Of a stretch of 64,000 bases of DNA, positions 1 to 12,610 are shown one piece after another (positions within the stretch are counted from its first letter, which is position 1; each line of letters begins with the position of its first letter). The DNA is from Octopus sinensis (lineage: Eukaryota), in NCBI RefSeq assembly GCF_006345805.1, contig NC_043007.1:33852001-33916000 (forward strand), given 5' to 3'. The translations under genes and the position numbers were made by a program. Below the pieces are notes generated by a model that had not been told where the DNA came from, made no database searches, and saw only the letters and a list, made by a program, of their open reading frames with translations.

Positions 1-224
1 TGTTCAGTGTGGGGGAATCAATCTCGACGCTCAATTTACGAGAAATTATAGTCACATAGTCCTCGAATTATGCCCAACGATAATGAATGACAATGAAAAA
101 TGTAGTCTTAGATACATAAGATGGTCTGATTACAACTTGGACGCCTTTTACCATAGATTGTTTTCCATGTAGGAGACAGAGAAAAATTCTAATACCGTTG
201 ATATTAGTTTTCTCAAATCCATAC

Positions 225-637
225 TCTTTTACTCTTTTACTTCTTTCAGTCATTTGACTGCGGCCATGCTGGAGTACCGCCTTTAGTCGAGCAAATCGAC
301 CCCGGGACTTATTCTTTGTAAGCCCAGTACTTATTCTATCGGTCTCTTTTGCCGAACCGCTAAGTAACGGGGACGTAAACACACTAGCATCGGTTGTCAA
401 GCAATGCTAGGGTGACAAACACAGACACACAAACATATACACACACACTTATATATATATGTATATACATATATACGACAGGCTTCTTTCAGTTTCCGTC
501 TACCAAATCCACTCACAAGGCATTGGTCGGCCCGGCTATAGCATAAGACACTTGCCCAAGATGCCACGCAGTGGGACTGAACCCGGAACCATGTGGTTGG
601 TTAGCAAGCTACTTACCACACAGCCACTCCTGCGCCT
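225..637 (-). mobile_element. tRNA-derived SINE, family A (most abundant in window; internal (AT)n/(GT)n; LINE-like 3' tail)
   Basis: Reverse complement has A-box-like AGTGGCTGTGTGG, B-box-like GGGTTCAGTCCC, and ends GGCGGTACTCCAGCATGGCCGCAGTCAAATGACTGAAA plus a (GAGTAAAA)n tail. There are more than 10 homologous copies in the window. Confidence 0.9.
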
Positions 638-2017
638 AGTTCATGAACAATCAATACTAACGTTTTCTATCCCGCTTCCTTCCTTACATTTATTTTGATT
701 GGATTATTATTTTTGAAGGAAAATACTATTATCGTTGAATATGAAAAACTAAGACATTTCAAAATATACCTTGAAGCCTGCCCGCAGAAACTGGATATTT
801 CGCATGTTTCATTTAATGAATTTAAAACTCTAAAAGTTAAACTTCTACATTTACACTCATCTTACAGTGAATGTTTGGAAGATAAGACACGTGTTTGTCG
901 AGAACCCATGATATAAGTTTGTCCATTTTGTTTTAAACACAATCGGCCTAGTTTCTTTCAAAACCCAAACGTACTTGGTAAGTTCCTTTAGAAACTTGAA
1001 GCAGCGTATAAGCCGTTAGGAGCGTATACTGTTCTGTCTGTAATTATCGCCCTAAACAAATACCTTCGGAAAGCAATTGCTCTTTATAAAGAGTTATCTA
1101 GATTGGTGATCTTATAAGTGGACAAAATACAATATTACTGTTGTTGGCGAGTGTACTTTTTCTTTTTAGCTTTTAACAGGGCAAGCAGACTTTTACAATA
1201 AAATTAACTAACTTTATCTATGCTTCTGCTAAAGATTTTGTGATATCTATAATTTGATATTGAAACGAAAAGATTAAATTCTGAAATTCTTTGGAAATAT
1301 TTATTTTGACGTTTAAATTTAAAGTTAGATTATACCGCAGAATATTTCTAGGTTTATTGTTATAAGCTGAAGTATTAGCTTACTAATATGCTGAATTTTT
1401 TATCTCAAAAGCCACTACTGAGTAATGGCTTGGTATAACAAAAAGAAGAGCTTAAAATAAATTTTCATTAGATAGCACTGAAGAAATACGATTTCTTATG
1501 TTAGCAATAAATATTCTAGAATAATAGAATTAAAATTCATGCTGATATAAAATAGCTTTCCTTTTAGTTTTCGCTCCAGGCAGAATGTATTTTTGCTTAA
1601 GTAAAAAGTATCAGCCATAGAATTAACTATATTAATATTGCCATCAACTTCAAGTTTTTTTTTTTATTTAGAATTAAATACTCTCTGGTTTATTCTGTCC
1701 GTCTAATACATTATCATTCATAATGCACATTATTACCAGTTTCCGCAACACAATTTTCCTATGTAAAAAAATTCTTAAAATATTTGATTCTGATCATTTT
1801 GCAGACCTCAGTCCCATTGCATTTCCTATGAAATCATCGAATATTTGGTTTCTGTATATTTTTTTTATCTGAACTGAATTGTCATAAAATGTAGGATGAT
1901 TCTTCTTTGTGTACAAAATATTTTGATATCATATTCACAGACTGATACAACAGTGATGTTGACGAATAAAGTTATGACTCGAAGAGATTTCGTAATAATT
2001 TGATAAAAATCAATAAT

Positions 2018-2418
2018 AGGCGTAGGAATGACTGTGTGGTAAGTAGCTTGCTTAACAACCACATGGTTCCAGGTTCAGTCCCACTTCCTGGCACCTTGGG
2101 CAAGCATCTTGTACTATAGCCTCGGGCCGACCAAAGCCTTCTGAGTGGATTTGGTAGACGGAAACTGAAAGAAGCCCATCGAATGTATGTATATATGTAT
2201 ATGTATGTGTGTGTATATGTTTGTGTGTCTATGTTTGTCCTCCCATCATCGCTTGACAACCGATGCTGGTTGTTCCCGTCACTTAGTGGTTCGGCAAAAG
2301 AGACCGATAGAATAAGTACTAGACTTCCAAAGAATAAGTCCCGGGGTCGATTTGCTCGACTAAAAGGCGTTGCTCCAGCATGGCCACAGTCAAATAACTG
2401 AAACAAGTAAAAGAGTAA
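2018..2418 (+). mobile_element. SINE family A, full length
   Basis: Same head, body and tail as 225-637, in the opposite orientation. Confidence 0.9.
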
Positions 2419-2750
2419 TAAAGCTGGGTAAATTGACAGCATTCATTTAAGGTAATGCTGGCACAACATTCTGATACTGACAATGTTTTAATTTATGCTT
2501 AGTAGAACTTGCTTTAAGATTTTTCCTTTTGCATTTTCGTTTACTACATTCTTTGTGTTTCATTGTGCGTTGAAACAGATATTTTTGTGTCGTTGGGGAG
2601 TCATGAAGCTAACACCAGTGCCTGTATTTATCATAAGCATAATGATTCTTCCAAGATACAAAAAATGTTAAGATTTGCTCGCAAACCAATCTTTTTGATT
2701 CAATTTTACATGAGTGATTCGCTTGCATTAAGGGTTATTTGAAAAATTGT

Positions 2751-3137
2751 GGAGGCGCAATGGCCCAGTGGTTAGGGCAGCGGACTCGCAGTCATAGGAT
2801 CACGGTTTCGATTCCCAGACCGGGCGTTGTGAGTGTTTATTGAGCAAAAACTCCTAAAAGGTCCACGAGGCTCCGGCAGGGGATGGTGGTGATCCCTGCT
2901 GTACTCTTTCACCACAACTTTCCCTCACTCTTACTTCCTGTTTCAGTTGTACCTGTATTTCAAGGGGCCGGCCTTGTCACTCTCTGTGTCACGCTGAATA
3001 TACCCGAGAACTACGTTAAGGGTGCACGTGTCTGTGGAGTGCTCAGCCACTTACACGTTAATTTCACGAGTAGGCTGTTCCGTTGATTCGGATCAACCGG
3101 AACCCTCATCGTCGTAACCGACGGAGTGCTTCCATCC
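2751..3137 (+). mobile_element. tRNA-derived SINE, family B, tail type 1, with 12-bp target-site duplication
   Basis: Head GGAGGCGCAATGGCCCAGTGGTTAGGGCAGCGG...GGTTTCGATTCC contains A and B boxes. Flanking direct repeat ATTTGAAAAATT at 2737-2748 and 3138-3149. Confidence 0.9.
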
Positions 3138-3269
3138 ATTTGAAAAATTAGATTAACGATATTAAAGAGTAATAAGTGGTAAACGAAATATATATATATA
3201 GATTTCGTTTACCGCTTATTACATGTACGCATACAAAGGATGTATATGTAAATGTGTGTCTGTACGAGT

Positions 3270-3310
<41 letters not shown>

Positions 3311-4244
3311 ACGTATGCATTTCAACAATTTTCATCCGATTTCCACCAAACTTTACACACACATTACTTATGTGCCAAGGATGGTCACACACTATAACAT
3401 TTTCCCCAGAGCTCCCGCATAATTCGAGAAACCGATCGGGAAAAAAGGTGTTTCAGATACGTTTTTTCAAGCGATTCCCTTCTTTTTCTTTCTCTATTTA
3501 TTTATCTCTTCTCTTTATTTTTGTCACTGCCACCCTCTGCAGTACTACGGCTCTTCAAGTCGATGTCTGTTTCTTTTGCTCTCTTTCTCTCTGAAAATTG
3601 AATTAAGTCTATTTCATTTCATCGTGCGTAAACATCCTTGACTTCACGCTATTTGTACATTCTCTCTACAATTATTTGCTCTCAGTGTATTTAAATACAC
3701 TATTTACATTTCTCCCTCTATAGAAAACCGTTATGATATAGCCGATACACCTTCAACCAATGAGAATTCAACTACGCCACTGAGCGTTCATGCGTTAGAA
3801 AAAGAATCCTAAAGTGACTCAAAGTTTTTCACTCAAACTATATTCTACAATTTATACGCTGAAATGGGATTTGAAATTTCTGTCTACAAAATGACTTCCT
3901 TGTGTGATAGAATATTGTTTCACTTTCATTCTTACGCTTTTCATTCTAATGTGATAAGAAAATAATATTGTTTCACTTCTGTGTGTGTGTTTGCGCGTTC
4001 GATACGTACGAGATAGTAAACGACATTTTATACCACGAAGACGACGACGTCACATATATGAGTGTTTATGTGTCTCTGAGTGTATGAGTGTGTATGTCTC
4101 TGTGACTGAGTGTGTGTTCCCGCGTTAGGTACGTTATCAAACAATCACACACATCTACACATACATATACACATGTGACGAATGACATGCGTGAATGTAT
4201 GCCTGTATTTGTGTCTCTTACTATACGTATGTGACTGTATGCGA

Positions 4245-4760
4245 GAGTGTATGGGAGCGTATCGTCAGTGCTGCTGAGGAGCTCTGCCTGTTCGGGATAA
4301 ACTCTTCAGGCACAGATGTACAGACACACGGACATATCCGAGATGCGAACAGAGCAATGAAACTGTTCTGCACGCTATCGTACAGCGTCCGTCGATTTCA
4401 CGTCTACGTGTTTACGTAGAACACCTACTGTCACTTCTGGGAGGAGTACAGTTGTCAACTGAGTCCATCATCAAGACTGACCCTCCACCTTCCCTTAACC
4501 GGAAAAAGCAGGCATCTTTTATCTGCGTGGTGGCTATGGCAAAAGTGGTCGTGTGGTTGATGAGAGTCAAAGGAATTAAAACGGGCAATTTTCGCGTTGG
4601 TCAGGGTTTAATAACCTATTTGACATACCACCTCAAAAGAAGAATAAGACTAGAGAGAGAGATGTTACCACCGCGTATGTTCAGGACTAGATGGATGCAT
4701 GTGACGCGATCGTTGAGCATGAATGTGACCAAGTGGAACGTACTACTATAGTCTCCTGTG
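4245..4760 (+). mobile_element. L1/Tx1-like LINE ORF2 C-terminal fragment (degenerate CCHC zinc knuckle)
   Basis: Frame from 4251 reads ...C*GALPVRDKLFRH..TYPRCEQSNETVLHAIVQRP..LRVYVEHLL...F-RTRW. This matches the C-x2-C-x4-ET-x2-H-x4-C knuckle and terminal F-x-x-RW of Tx1-type ORF2, with one stop and two Cys mutated. Confidence 0.7.
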
Positions 4761-4959
4761 TCAGAGCAGTTCTGGGTCGTGACATTGTGGCGTCTCCATG
4801 CCCAACATTTCATCTTGTATTTTCATCATTATGCCATGTCTAATTTCTATTTTGTTAATTCTTTTTATATTGTTCTTCCATCCACCCATTCAACCCTGTT
4901 GTAGATCCCCTAATTTTTCTTGTACGTCCTGTATTGTCCCTCTATGACGGCTCAAAGTG

Positions 4960-5190
4960 GCTAATAAAGAATTATATTTCTTGCCGAACAATTGTTTATA
5001 GTGATCAAAGGTTTGTGTACACATAAGCTCATTGCCACTATCAAATCGACATTACTTGTACAGGTGCACCATGCACCACATGTCACATGACGAAAAGATC
5101 GTAGAGCCACGTGAAAGGAAGTGCTTTGCTCAAGAACACAACGCATCTCCCGGTCTTGGAATCGAAATCACGAACTCGCAATCCCATATA
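4960..5190 (-). mobile_element. tRNA-derived SINE (family D-type head), degenerate
   Basis: Reverse complement ...TTTCGATTCCAAGACCGGG...GTGTTCTTGAGCAAAGCACTT matches the head of copies at 34085-34875 and 62940-63247. Confidence 0.6.
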
Positions 5191-5339
5191 TACAACAAGC
5201 CATATATACAACACCATCACACGTGCATTCCTACACACACATGCACAAATTATCTCCATCTCTCCTTTTATCTTTTTGACTGTTTCTCTCGTTCTGTATA
5301 AACACACGCATACATACATACACCATACATGCACATACA

Positions 5340-5383
5340 TACATACATATTTATTATATATATGCATGAATGCATATATATAC

Positions 5384-5429
<46 letters not shown>

Positions 5430-5640
5430 TGTATATATTATATATATGTATATATATATATATGTATATATATGTATATGTATATATAAATATATATATA
5501 TATGTATATATATATCTGTTATATTATATGGATATATATATATATATATTATATATATATAATATATTATATAATATATTAATATATATATGTATATATT
5601 ATTTATATATATGTATATATATATATACATCCATAAACAC
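5340..5640. repeat. (AT)n/(ATAC)n compound microsatellite (representative; similar tracts at about 6140-6590, 6900-7230, 13200-13420, 21520-22040, 31100-31440, 49200-49770, 51620-52180, 53260-53630, 55500-55730, 57040-57360)
   Basis: Directly visible; source of the IY/CV/HT-rich spurious ORFs. Confidence 0.98.
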
Positions 5641-6208
5641 ACTCACATACATACAGACAGACAGACAGGACAGACATATATACATGTGCATTCAAACACC
5701 GCCTACGATATACTCAATGAGCAGAGAGCAACGCAAAGGTTAACAAACAAAAGGAACCTTACACACATATATTTTATCTCGTATATTATATCCCGCTTTA
5801 TCTCATACACACAGAAGTCTCTATAGCCAACAAAACGTAGCCACACATACATGCTTAAACCCATTTATGCACATTGTGCCTATACATGTCTTCCTATTAC
5901 ACATATATGTACACTCAGTATCATTCCTGAATGGATAGAATCAATATTTACACATATTTTAAAGAATTAAATTGATTCTTGTCACTTTGGCAAATGCCAA
6001 TTATGGTGTATAGTATACCAACGTTTTAAAGGATTCGACAGACATTTTTTGAATAATCAGAAACACACAAACGGACACGTATATGTCATATACACCTAAT
6101 AATACACAAGGACAAACACACTCACACACAAACACATATATGTGTATATACATGTGTATATATGCAATATATATAGCTTACAGATAAATATATATATTAT
6201 ATATATAT

Positions 6209-6267
<59 letters not shown>

Positions 6268-6517
6268 CTCTATATACACATTGATATACATACAAACATA
6301 TATGTACATATATGTATATATATTATATATATATATATATATATATGTCGATGTATATACATATATATATACATACAATTCATGCATAAATATATATATA
6401 TATGCATATATTTTATGTACTATGTTTTAAGGTGTTTCTTAGGTATATCTTATATATCTATATATGAATATATGTATATTATGTATATATTTATATATTG
6501 TATATTATATTATATAT

Positions 6518-6571
<54 letters not shown>

Positions 6572-6999
6572 CAATATATAAATATATGTGTATGTTTTAT
6601 GTGGGTTTGAGTGTAGGCGTTACATAACATTTATTTCTTTCAAGCACTTGGCAGCTTGCAATAAATAGATAAACAAAACGAAATGAATTATCAAGACCAT
6701 AACTGTTTAGTACACCTCCTACATTCACAACCTCATGCACATAACGTGTACACATCCATTTGGATATATAATATAAACGCATAAATACATTCGTACGTAT
6801 CTCTCGTAATATATGTATATAGCGAACATATGTGGGTGTTTTAAAGATGCTTATACGTGCAGACGCACGCTTTTAAATATATGCATTTCTGACTATGTGT
6901 GTGTGTGTGTGTGTGCTTGTGCATGTACGTGTATAAGATATATATATATATATATATAAGAAGAGAGAGAGAGAGAGATTTACATTATATTGATATATG

Positions 7000-7040
<41 letters not shown>

Positions 7041-7066
7041 TGTATATATATATATGTATATATATA

Positions 7067-7115
<49 letters not shown>

Positions 7116-7228
7116 AATATATACAATATTATAGATATAAATCTCTCTCTCTATATATATATGTATATATATATGTATGTATTATATATATATATATATA
7201 TACATATGTGTGTGTGTTGTGTGTGTGT

Positions 7229-7540
7229 GGAGGCGCAATGGCCCAGTGGTTAGGGCAGCGGACTCGCGGTTGTAGGATCGCGGTTTCGATGCCCAGACCG
7301 GGCATTGTCAGTGTTTATTGAGCGAAAACACCTCAAGCTCCACGAGGCTCCGGCAGGGAGGGGTGGCGATCCCTGCTGTACTCATTCACCACACTTTTCT
7401 CTCACTCTTTCTTTTGCTGGCCTGCTCGCTTAGCCAGCGGGGTGGCGTCATTTGAAGGCTAAAACAATGCAAAGCACATTGTGACCAGCGATGTGTAGCA
7501 ACACCTGATAACCTGGTCGGTCACGGTGATCACGGTGATA
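7229..7540 (+). mobile_element. SINE family B, tail type 2
   Basis: Same ~180-nt 5' half as 2751, then a different 3' half (GGCCTGCTCGCTTAGCCAGCGGGG...GGTCGGTCACG(G)TGAT repeats). Confidence 0.9.
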
Positions 7541-8056
7541 TATATATATATAGGTATAAAAATTATATATAATGAAACAAGAACGTGAAATACACAAAGG
7601 GACGAACACAGAAAAAAAAAGGGTCATTCGAAACCTTTAATCTTCAGTCCGGAACCGGATCATCATGGCAAATTTCGGCTGATTAATTCTGATATTTGCT
7701 CCAACGCGGCCAGCCCCAAGGAAAAGCTAAGCTGTGAGCATTAGATTTCTTGGAAAAAGGAACGAATGTAAACGCAACAAGGACAGAAGCCACACGAATA
7801 TAAATACAAAAAACGAAAACAAAAATAAAAACAAGAATGGTAATAACAGGATAACAGCAGGTGTCTTACGACTTTAGACAAATTGAGACAAATTTAACTT
7901 ATCTAGCAGGCGTGTTTGGAAATATAAATATATCTATATATATATATATAGTTAATCCAAACAAGAAAATACAGAAAAATAGAGAAAAAAACACAGCAAC
8001 GCGAGGACGTGGGACAATTAAAGTATTATTGACGCTCAGGAAAGAAGGGAAGGAGG

Positions 8057-8091
8057 GTTTAACGTTTCGAGCGGAGCTCTTCGTCGGAAAC
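8057..8091 (-). ncRNA. small hammerhead-ribozyme-like variant (Penelope terminal-repeat type)
   Basis: Minus strand: GTTT-CCGACGA-A-GAGC TCC GCTC-GAAA-CG-TT-AAAC. That gives a 4-bp stem I, a core with U4C, a 4-bp stem II and a loopless palindromic stem III (AACGTT). Confidence 0.4.
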
Positions 8092-8966
8092 AAGGAGAAG
8101 GAAAGATCCCAAGAAGGGAAGACAGATGAAAAAATATTTTTGCTGGTGGTGCTCAAGAGATCACACATATATATATATATCTGTATATATTACATACACA
8201 CACACACGCAGGTGCGCACAAACACACGCACACACAGACACACAAACACGCACACACACACATACACAGGCACACAAACACACACTCACACACATATATG
8301 TATATGTATATGTTCATGCATATTCATTCTAGTTACTTATACACAAGAGTGTATCTACCTACCTCTCTCTCTCCCACTACACCTATATATGTGTGTATTT
8401 GTGTGTTCGTGCGTGCGTGTGAGTGTGTGTATTTATATATGTTTGTTTGCGTGTGTGCGAGTGTATGTGTGTGTGTGTGTTTGAGTGTGTGTGTGTGTGT
8501 GTTTCTATAACTAAGTATATATGTGTGTCTCCACCACACAGACATTATATCATTGATTCTAGTAATAATAATATCAAGAAGGGCTGCAGTTTTGCTTGCA
8601 TAAGAAATTACCATAGATTTACATCCGTACACGTTTTTTTTTTCTTTTTATTCTGTCAGTTTACCATGCAAAGTAATGCTAAGATACTTAATAACATTTA
8701 AAAAAAACAAAAATTTAAACCAATATAAAATACAGAACAAGTATGTAGTATTTTTTTTTTATTTTTGCTTCATGGCAATTTTATAGTGTTTATATTTTGT
8801 AGACAGTCATATTGGCTTGTTTTTGAAAGATATATGTAATTCTGAATTAGAGTTTTATATATTCTTGTGAAAGACATGTATTGAACTACGTCTTTCTTTG
8901 TACTTCAGTTTGGAAATTGGAAACCATCAACAGTAATAGTTTCCATAATAGACTTTGCACATCCGG

Positions 8967-9039
<73 letters not shown>

Positions 9040-9040
<1 letters not shown>

Positions 9041-9469
9041 GAGTGAGCGAGCAGAGCATGCCATCAAAGTGACACTGGGGTAAAATATACGAAGCCCAGT
9101 ATACCCATCATGACTACCCGTCTGATAAAGGTACACCAGGCACATGCATCACAACCATATGTGCGCGATATGGTGATCTCATATCAAGTTAAACAGCACA
9201 TGACCTTGCAGGTGGGGCCCAGTTAGAATTTTTTTCAGGTTGAGTAGCCCATCCCGCTCAAAAGGTCCCTGAATAAGGGTTGTTTAAGGATGTTGAAAGA
9301 AACACCCATGTTTCCAGAGGTGAATTATTCAAACCCCAAAGAATCCCTCTCAACACATGGCTATGATGCTCCCCCACTACTTCTGCTCGTGATCAGAGAT
9401 GCACATATCGTCAGCCACTAAGGGACATGCTTAACTGGTTAAGGTCAAACAACTGACAAGCAAATCTGT

Positions 9470-9470
<1 letters not shown>
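9040..9470 (-). mobile_element. non-coding retroposon / LINE 3' remnant embedded in (TAA)n
   Basis: About 430 bp of higher-GC sequence with no ORF, ending ...CTCACTC(AAT)n on the minus strand. Flanked on both sides by (TTA)n (8968-9040, 9472-9541). Confidence 0.55.
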
Positions 9471-9540
<70 letters not shown>

Positions 9541-9542
<2 letters not shown>

Positions 9543-9775
9543 GGCCGAGAGCTAGCGGAGTCGTTAGCACGCCGGGCGAAATGCTTAGCAGTATTTCTTC
9601 TGCCGTTACGTTCTGAGTTCAAATTCCGCCGAGGTCGACTTTGCCTTTCATCCTTTCAGGGTCGATTAAATTAGTACCAGTTACGCACTGGAGTCGATAT
9701 GATCGGCTTAATCCGTTTGTCTGTCCTTGTTTGTCTCGTCTGTGTTTGACCCCTTGTGGGTAGTAAAGAAATAGG
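9541..9775 (+). mobile_element. tRNA-derived SINE family C (a partial copy follows at about 9790-9930)
   Basis: B box GAGTTCAAATTCC followed by GTCGACTTTGCCTTTCATCCTTTCAGGGTCGATTAAATTAGTACCAG. Homologs at about 20040, 20720, 33180, 38830, 53740 and 63625. Confidence 0.85.
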
Positions 9776-11028
9776 TATCTTATTTGTCTTTACTTTCTGA
9801 TTTCAAATTTCGCCGTGGTCGACTTTGCCTTTCATCTTTTCGGAGTCGATAAATTAAGATGCAGTGAAACATTGGGGTCAATGTAATCAACTAGTCCCTT
9901 CCCATAAAAATTCTAGGCCTCGTGCCTTCCTAAACTTTCTGTCTGCAGCAAAATGTGTTAGAGACGGGACACTCATTGCTGCCCACACCTCAATCCTAAC
10001 GGTAGCAATAGCATATAGCATTAAGATTAGCAGTGGCAACAACAGCGAAGGTAACTGAAACAACAGCGGCGGCACGATACAAACAACAGAGGCAACAGCA
10101 AGACCAAAATGGCAACAAGAACACCACCACCACCACCACCACTAACAACGACAGAACTGGACCCCACTGAAAAAAAAACTCAGCCATATTTCCTCTTTAT
10201 AAGCCTTTCTCTCCCTACAATAATGATAAATCTTAGAGCGAGTTATAAACAGTAGCGGTAACACATCGTGACGCCAATAGTTTTCTCCCTACAATAGTTT
10301 TCAAGCAAATACATGGGAACATACCAGGTGCAAATGTATCACCATCCTTTTTGCAGCGGATTTTGCTGAAACGAAAATATGTTGCAATGAGGAAGGACAG
10401 CCATTCAAATAAAAGAAAAAAAGACAACATAAAAAAAAATTATAAAAATATATCCCACCTTGATCTAGCAACACAACCACGATTTGTTTCTAGAGATTTT
10501 GGTCAAACCGTTGTAAGGCCATTACAGAAAAGGCCATTGCACAAAACGCGACGATGCAAGGAATCGAAGCCGATATTTCGTTGTTGCGAAATAAACATCC
10601 AAACCACATAGGCATACGTTAATTCGAACAAATTAGATAAAACATCAATCATTTGAAAGGAGTCGGAGGTTTCGTGTCCTGTTATCGGTACTGAATTGCG
10701 TTCTTGAGGAGAAAATAAAGCAAATAAAAATAAAACAAACTACAGACACACACACTAAACAGAATAATCCACAGCAACCCCAGCACCACCAACAACAACA
10801 ACAGCAACAGGTCCAGCACATTAAAAGCGTCAGAATATTTGAAATTAACATGACTTGATGTTAGGAGGTCCAGGGGTGTAGGAGGTTCGAGCTAAAGGGG
10901 CAGTAGAATGTTCCTAAACGATTTCTCACAGAAAATACAGAATTTCAAGGAGACCGACTCACCCGAACTCTGGGACCATCAAATGAGTAAGTAACGCGGT
11001 TTTTTTTCTCTTCTTAATCTTTCTACCA

Positions 11029-11560
11029 AGTTGTATAAATGCAAGTGGCCTAGGATTGCACAGAAAGCAGAATCGACCTCATGTCGATAGGTTTGAGTGT
11101 GACAGCCATCAGCGAAACCACCATTTCCAATACACGCACCTTATCACTCGTTTTTTTTTTAACGACTTTGAGATCTTCGCATTATTTATTCGGCTTTGAA
11201 TGGAGAGGAAGAGAGAGATAGCTGTTTCGGAAACATCCATTCTGGACTCGGACGATAAGTTGATGGCCCTGGACATGAACAGTTGCGTAGGGGGTATCTT
11301 TAGACTAGTCACGTGTATGCTTCGTCTGGGGCGAGGTGACCAGATTTCAGGCGTCTGGAGGTTTTCCTAAGTACATAACGCTACTTCTTGCTGGTTGGCG
11401 ATTGCAACGTAATCGTGAAGGGACATATAGATTGTGTGGAGGAACTGATACGAGACTGGGATTTTGCCGCCACTTTTCTTTCGTTGGGTAAGATAGACAG
11501 TTTTCGTTTGGTGACAAGGACGAAAGGGGTTTCTGGCGGACGAGATTAAAAGTTTTGACT
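11029..11560 (+). mobile_element. L1/Tx1-like LINE apurinic endonuclease fragment (pseudogenised)
   Basis: With frameshifts it reads SCINASGL...SVTAISET...FRLV(T)VYASSGAR*PDFRRLEVFLST*RYFLLVGDCNVI...IDSFR, i.e. APE motifs NxxGL, ET, YAP-like, GDxN and DxFR in the correct order. Confidence 0.75.
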
Positions 11561-11639
11561 GAGCAAGATTAATCTGGAGTTAAATGAATTAAACACATTG
11601 CTTACAGTTTCCTAGGAGACACAGTTAACAAATATAAGA

Positions 11640-11852
11640 CTCTTTACTCTCTTTACTTGTTTCAGTTATTTGACTGCGGCCATACTGGAGCACCGCCTTT
11701 AATCGAGCAACTCGACCCCGGGACTTATTCTTTTGTAAGCCCAGTATTTATTCTATCGGTCTCTTTTTGCCGAACCGCTAAGTAACGGGGACATAAACAC
11801 ACCAGCATCGGTTGTCAAGCAATGCTAGGGGGACAAACACAGACACACATGC

Positions 11853-11892
<40 letters not shown>

Positions 11893-12069
11893 ATATACAT
11901 ATATACGACCGGCTTCTTTTCAGTTTCTGTCTACCAAATCCACTCACAAGGCTTTGGTCGGCCCGAAACTATAGTAGAAGACATTTGCCCAAGGTGCCAC
12001 GCAGTGGGATTGAATCCGGGACCATGTGGTTGGTAAACAAGCTACTTACCACACAGCCACTCCTGCGCC
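11640..12069 (-). mobile_element. SINE family A, full length
   Basis: Homology to 225-637. Confidence 0.9.
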
Positions 12070-12149
12070 GACATGATCATAGAAAAAATAATCTGTAATC
12101 ATAGGTTAGCCAGCTTGTACAAGGACTAACCTAGGGAAAATGATAACTA

Positions 12150-12610
12150 CAGGGACGACATTTTGACAGCATAGCCTCTCATGGTCACTCTCACTGCTAA
12201 AAATAACAACTCGATCGCCTTTAAAAGATACTCGCCATCTTTAAAGAGGTCACGCTAGATAACTCTTGAAAGCTGATGAAATCAAAGATGAAATACCTCT
12301 GATCCACATCCTACGAAGTTAGGTCTGACCCCGAGTTAATTAAGAATCACAATGACATGCCCACAAGACAGTCACTCGTGGTCACTGAGGCTTGCTAAAG
12401 GTAGAAGATGAATCTCCTTTAAATCATACTTCCCATTCGTAGAAAGGAAGGCCACTTTAGATGAAAAGACGATTAGATCTCGCATGAAATACTTTTGATC
12501 ATAGATCAGCTGAGTTAGACCTGACCTGTGGTTAAATAACAACCGCGATGATGACATGCCAAAAGGCGGCTTTTCATGGTCACTAAACCTGCTAAAAGTA
12601 ACAGACAATG
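12150..12610. repeat. degenerate ~197-bp tandem repeat, about 2.3 units
   Basis: RTGGTCACT...TGCTAAA recurs at 12181, 12378 and 12576. Shared internal blocks GATGAAATAC..TGATC and AGTTAG..CTGACC. Confidence 0.6.

Noticed and set aside
2751-2825. tRNA-like heads (here and in other SINEs) as tRNA genes
   Set aside because: No complete cloverleaf; they continue into SINE bodies with tails and TSDs.
5083-7321. Long IY/YI/CV/HT-rich ORFs here and throughout the track
   Set aside because: They are translations of (AT)n, (GT)n and (ATAC)n microsatellites and are open simply because these repeats lack stops.
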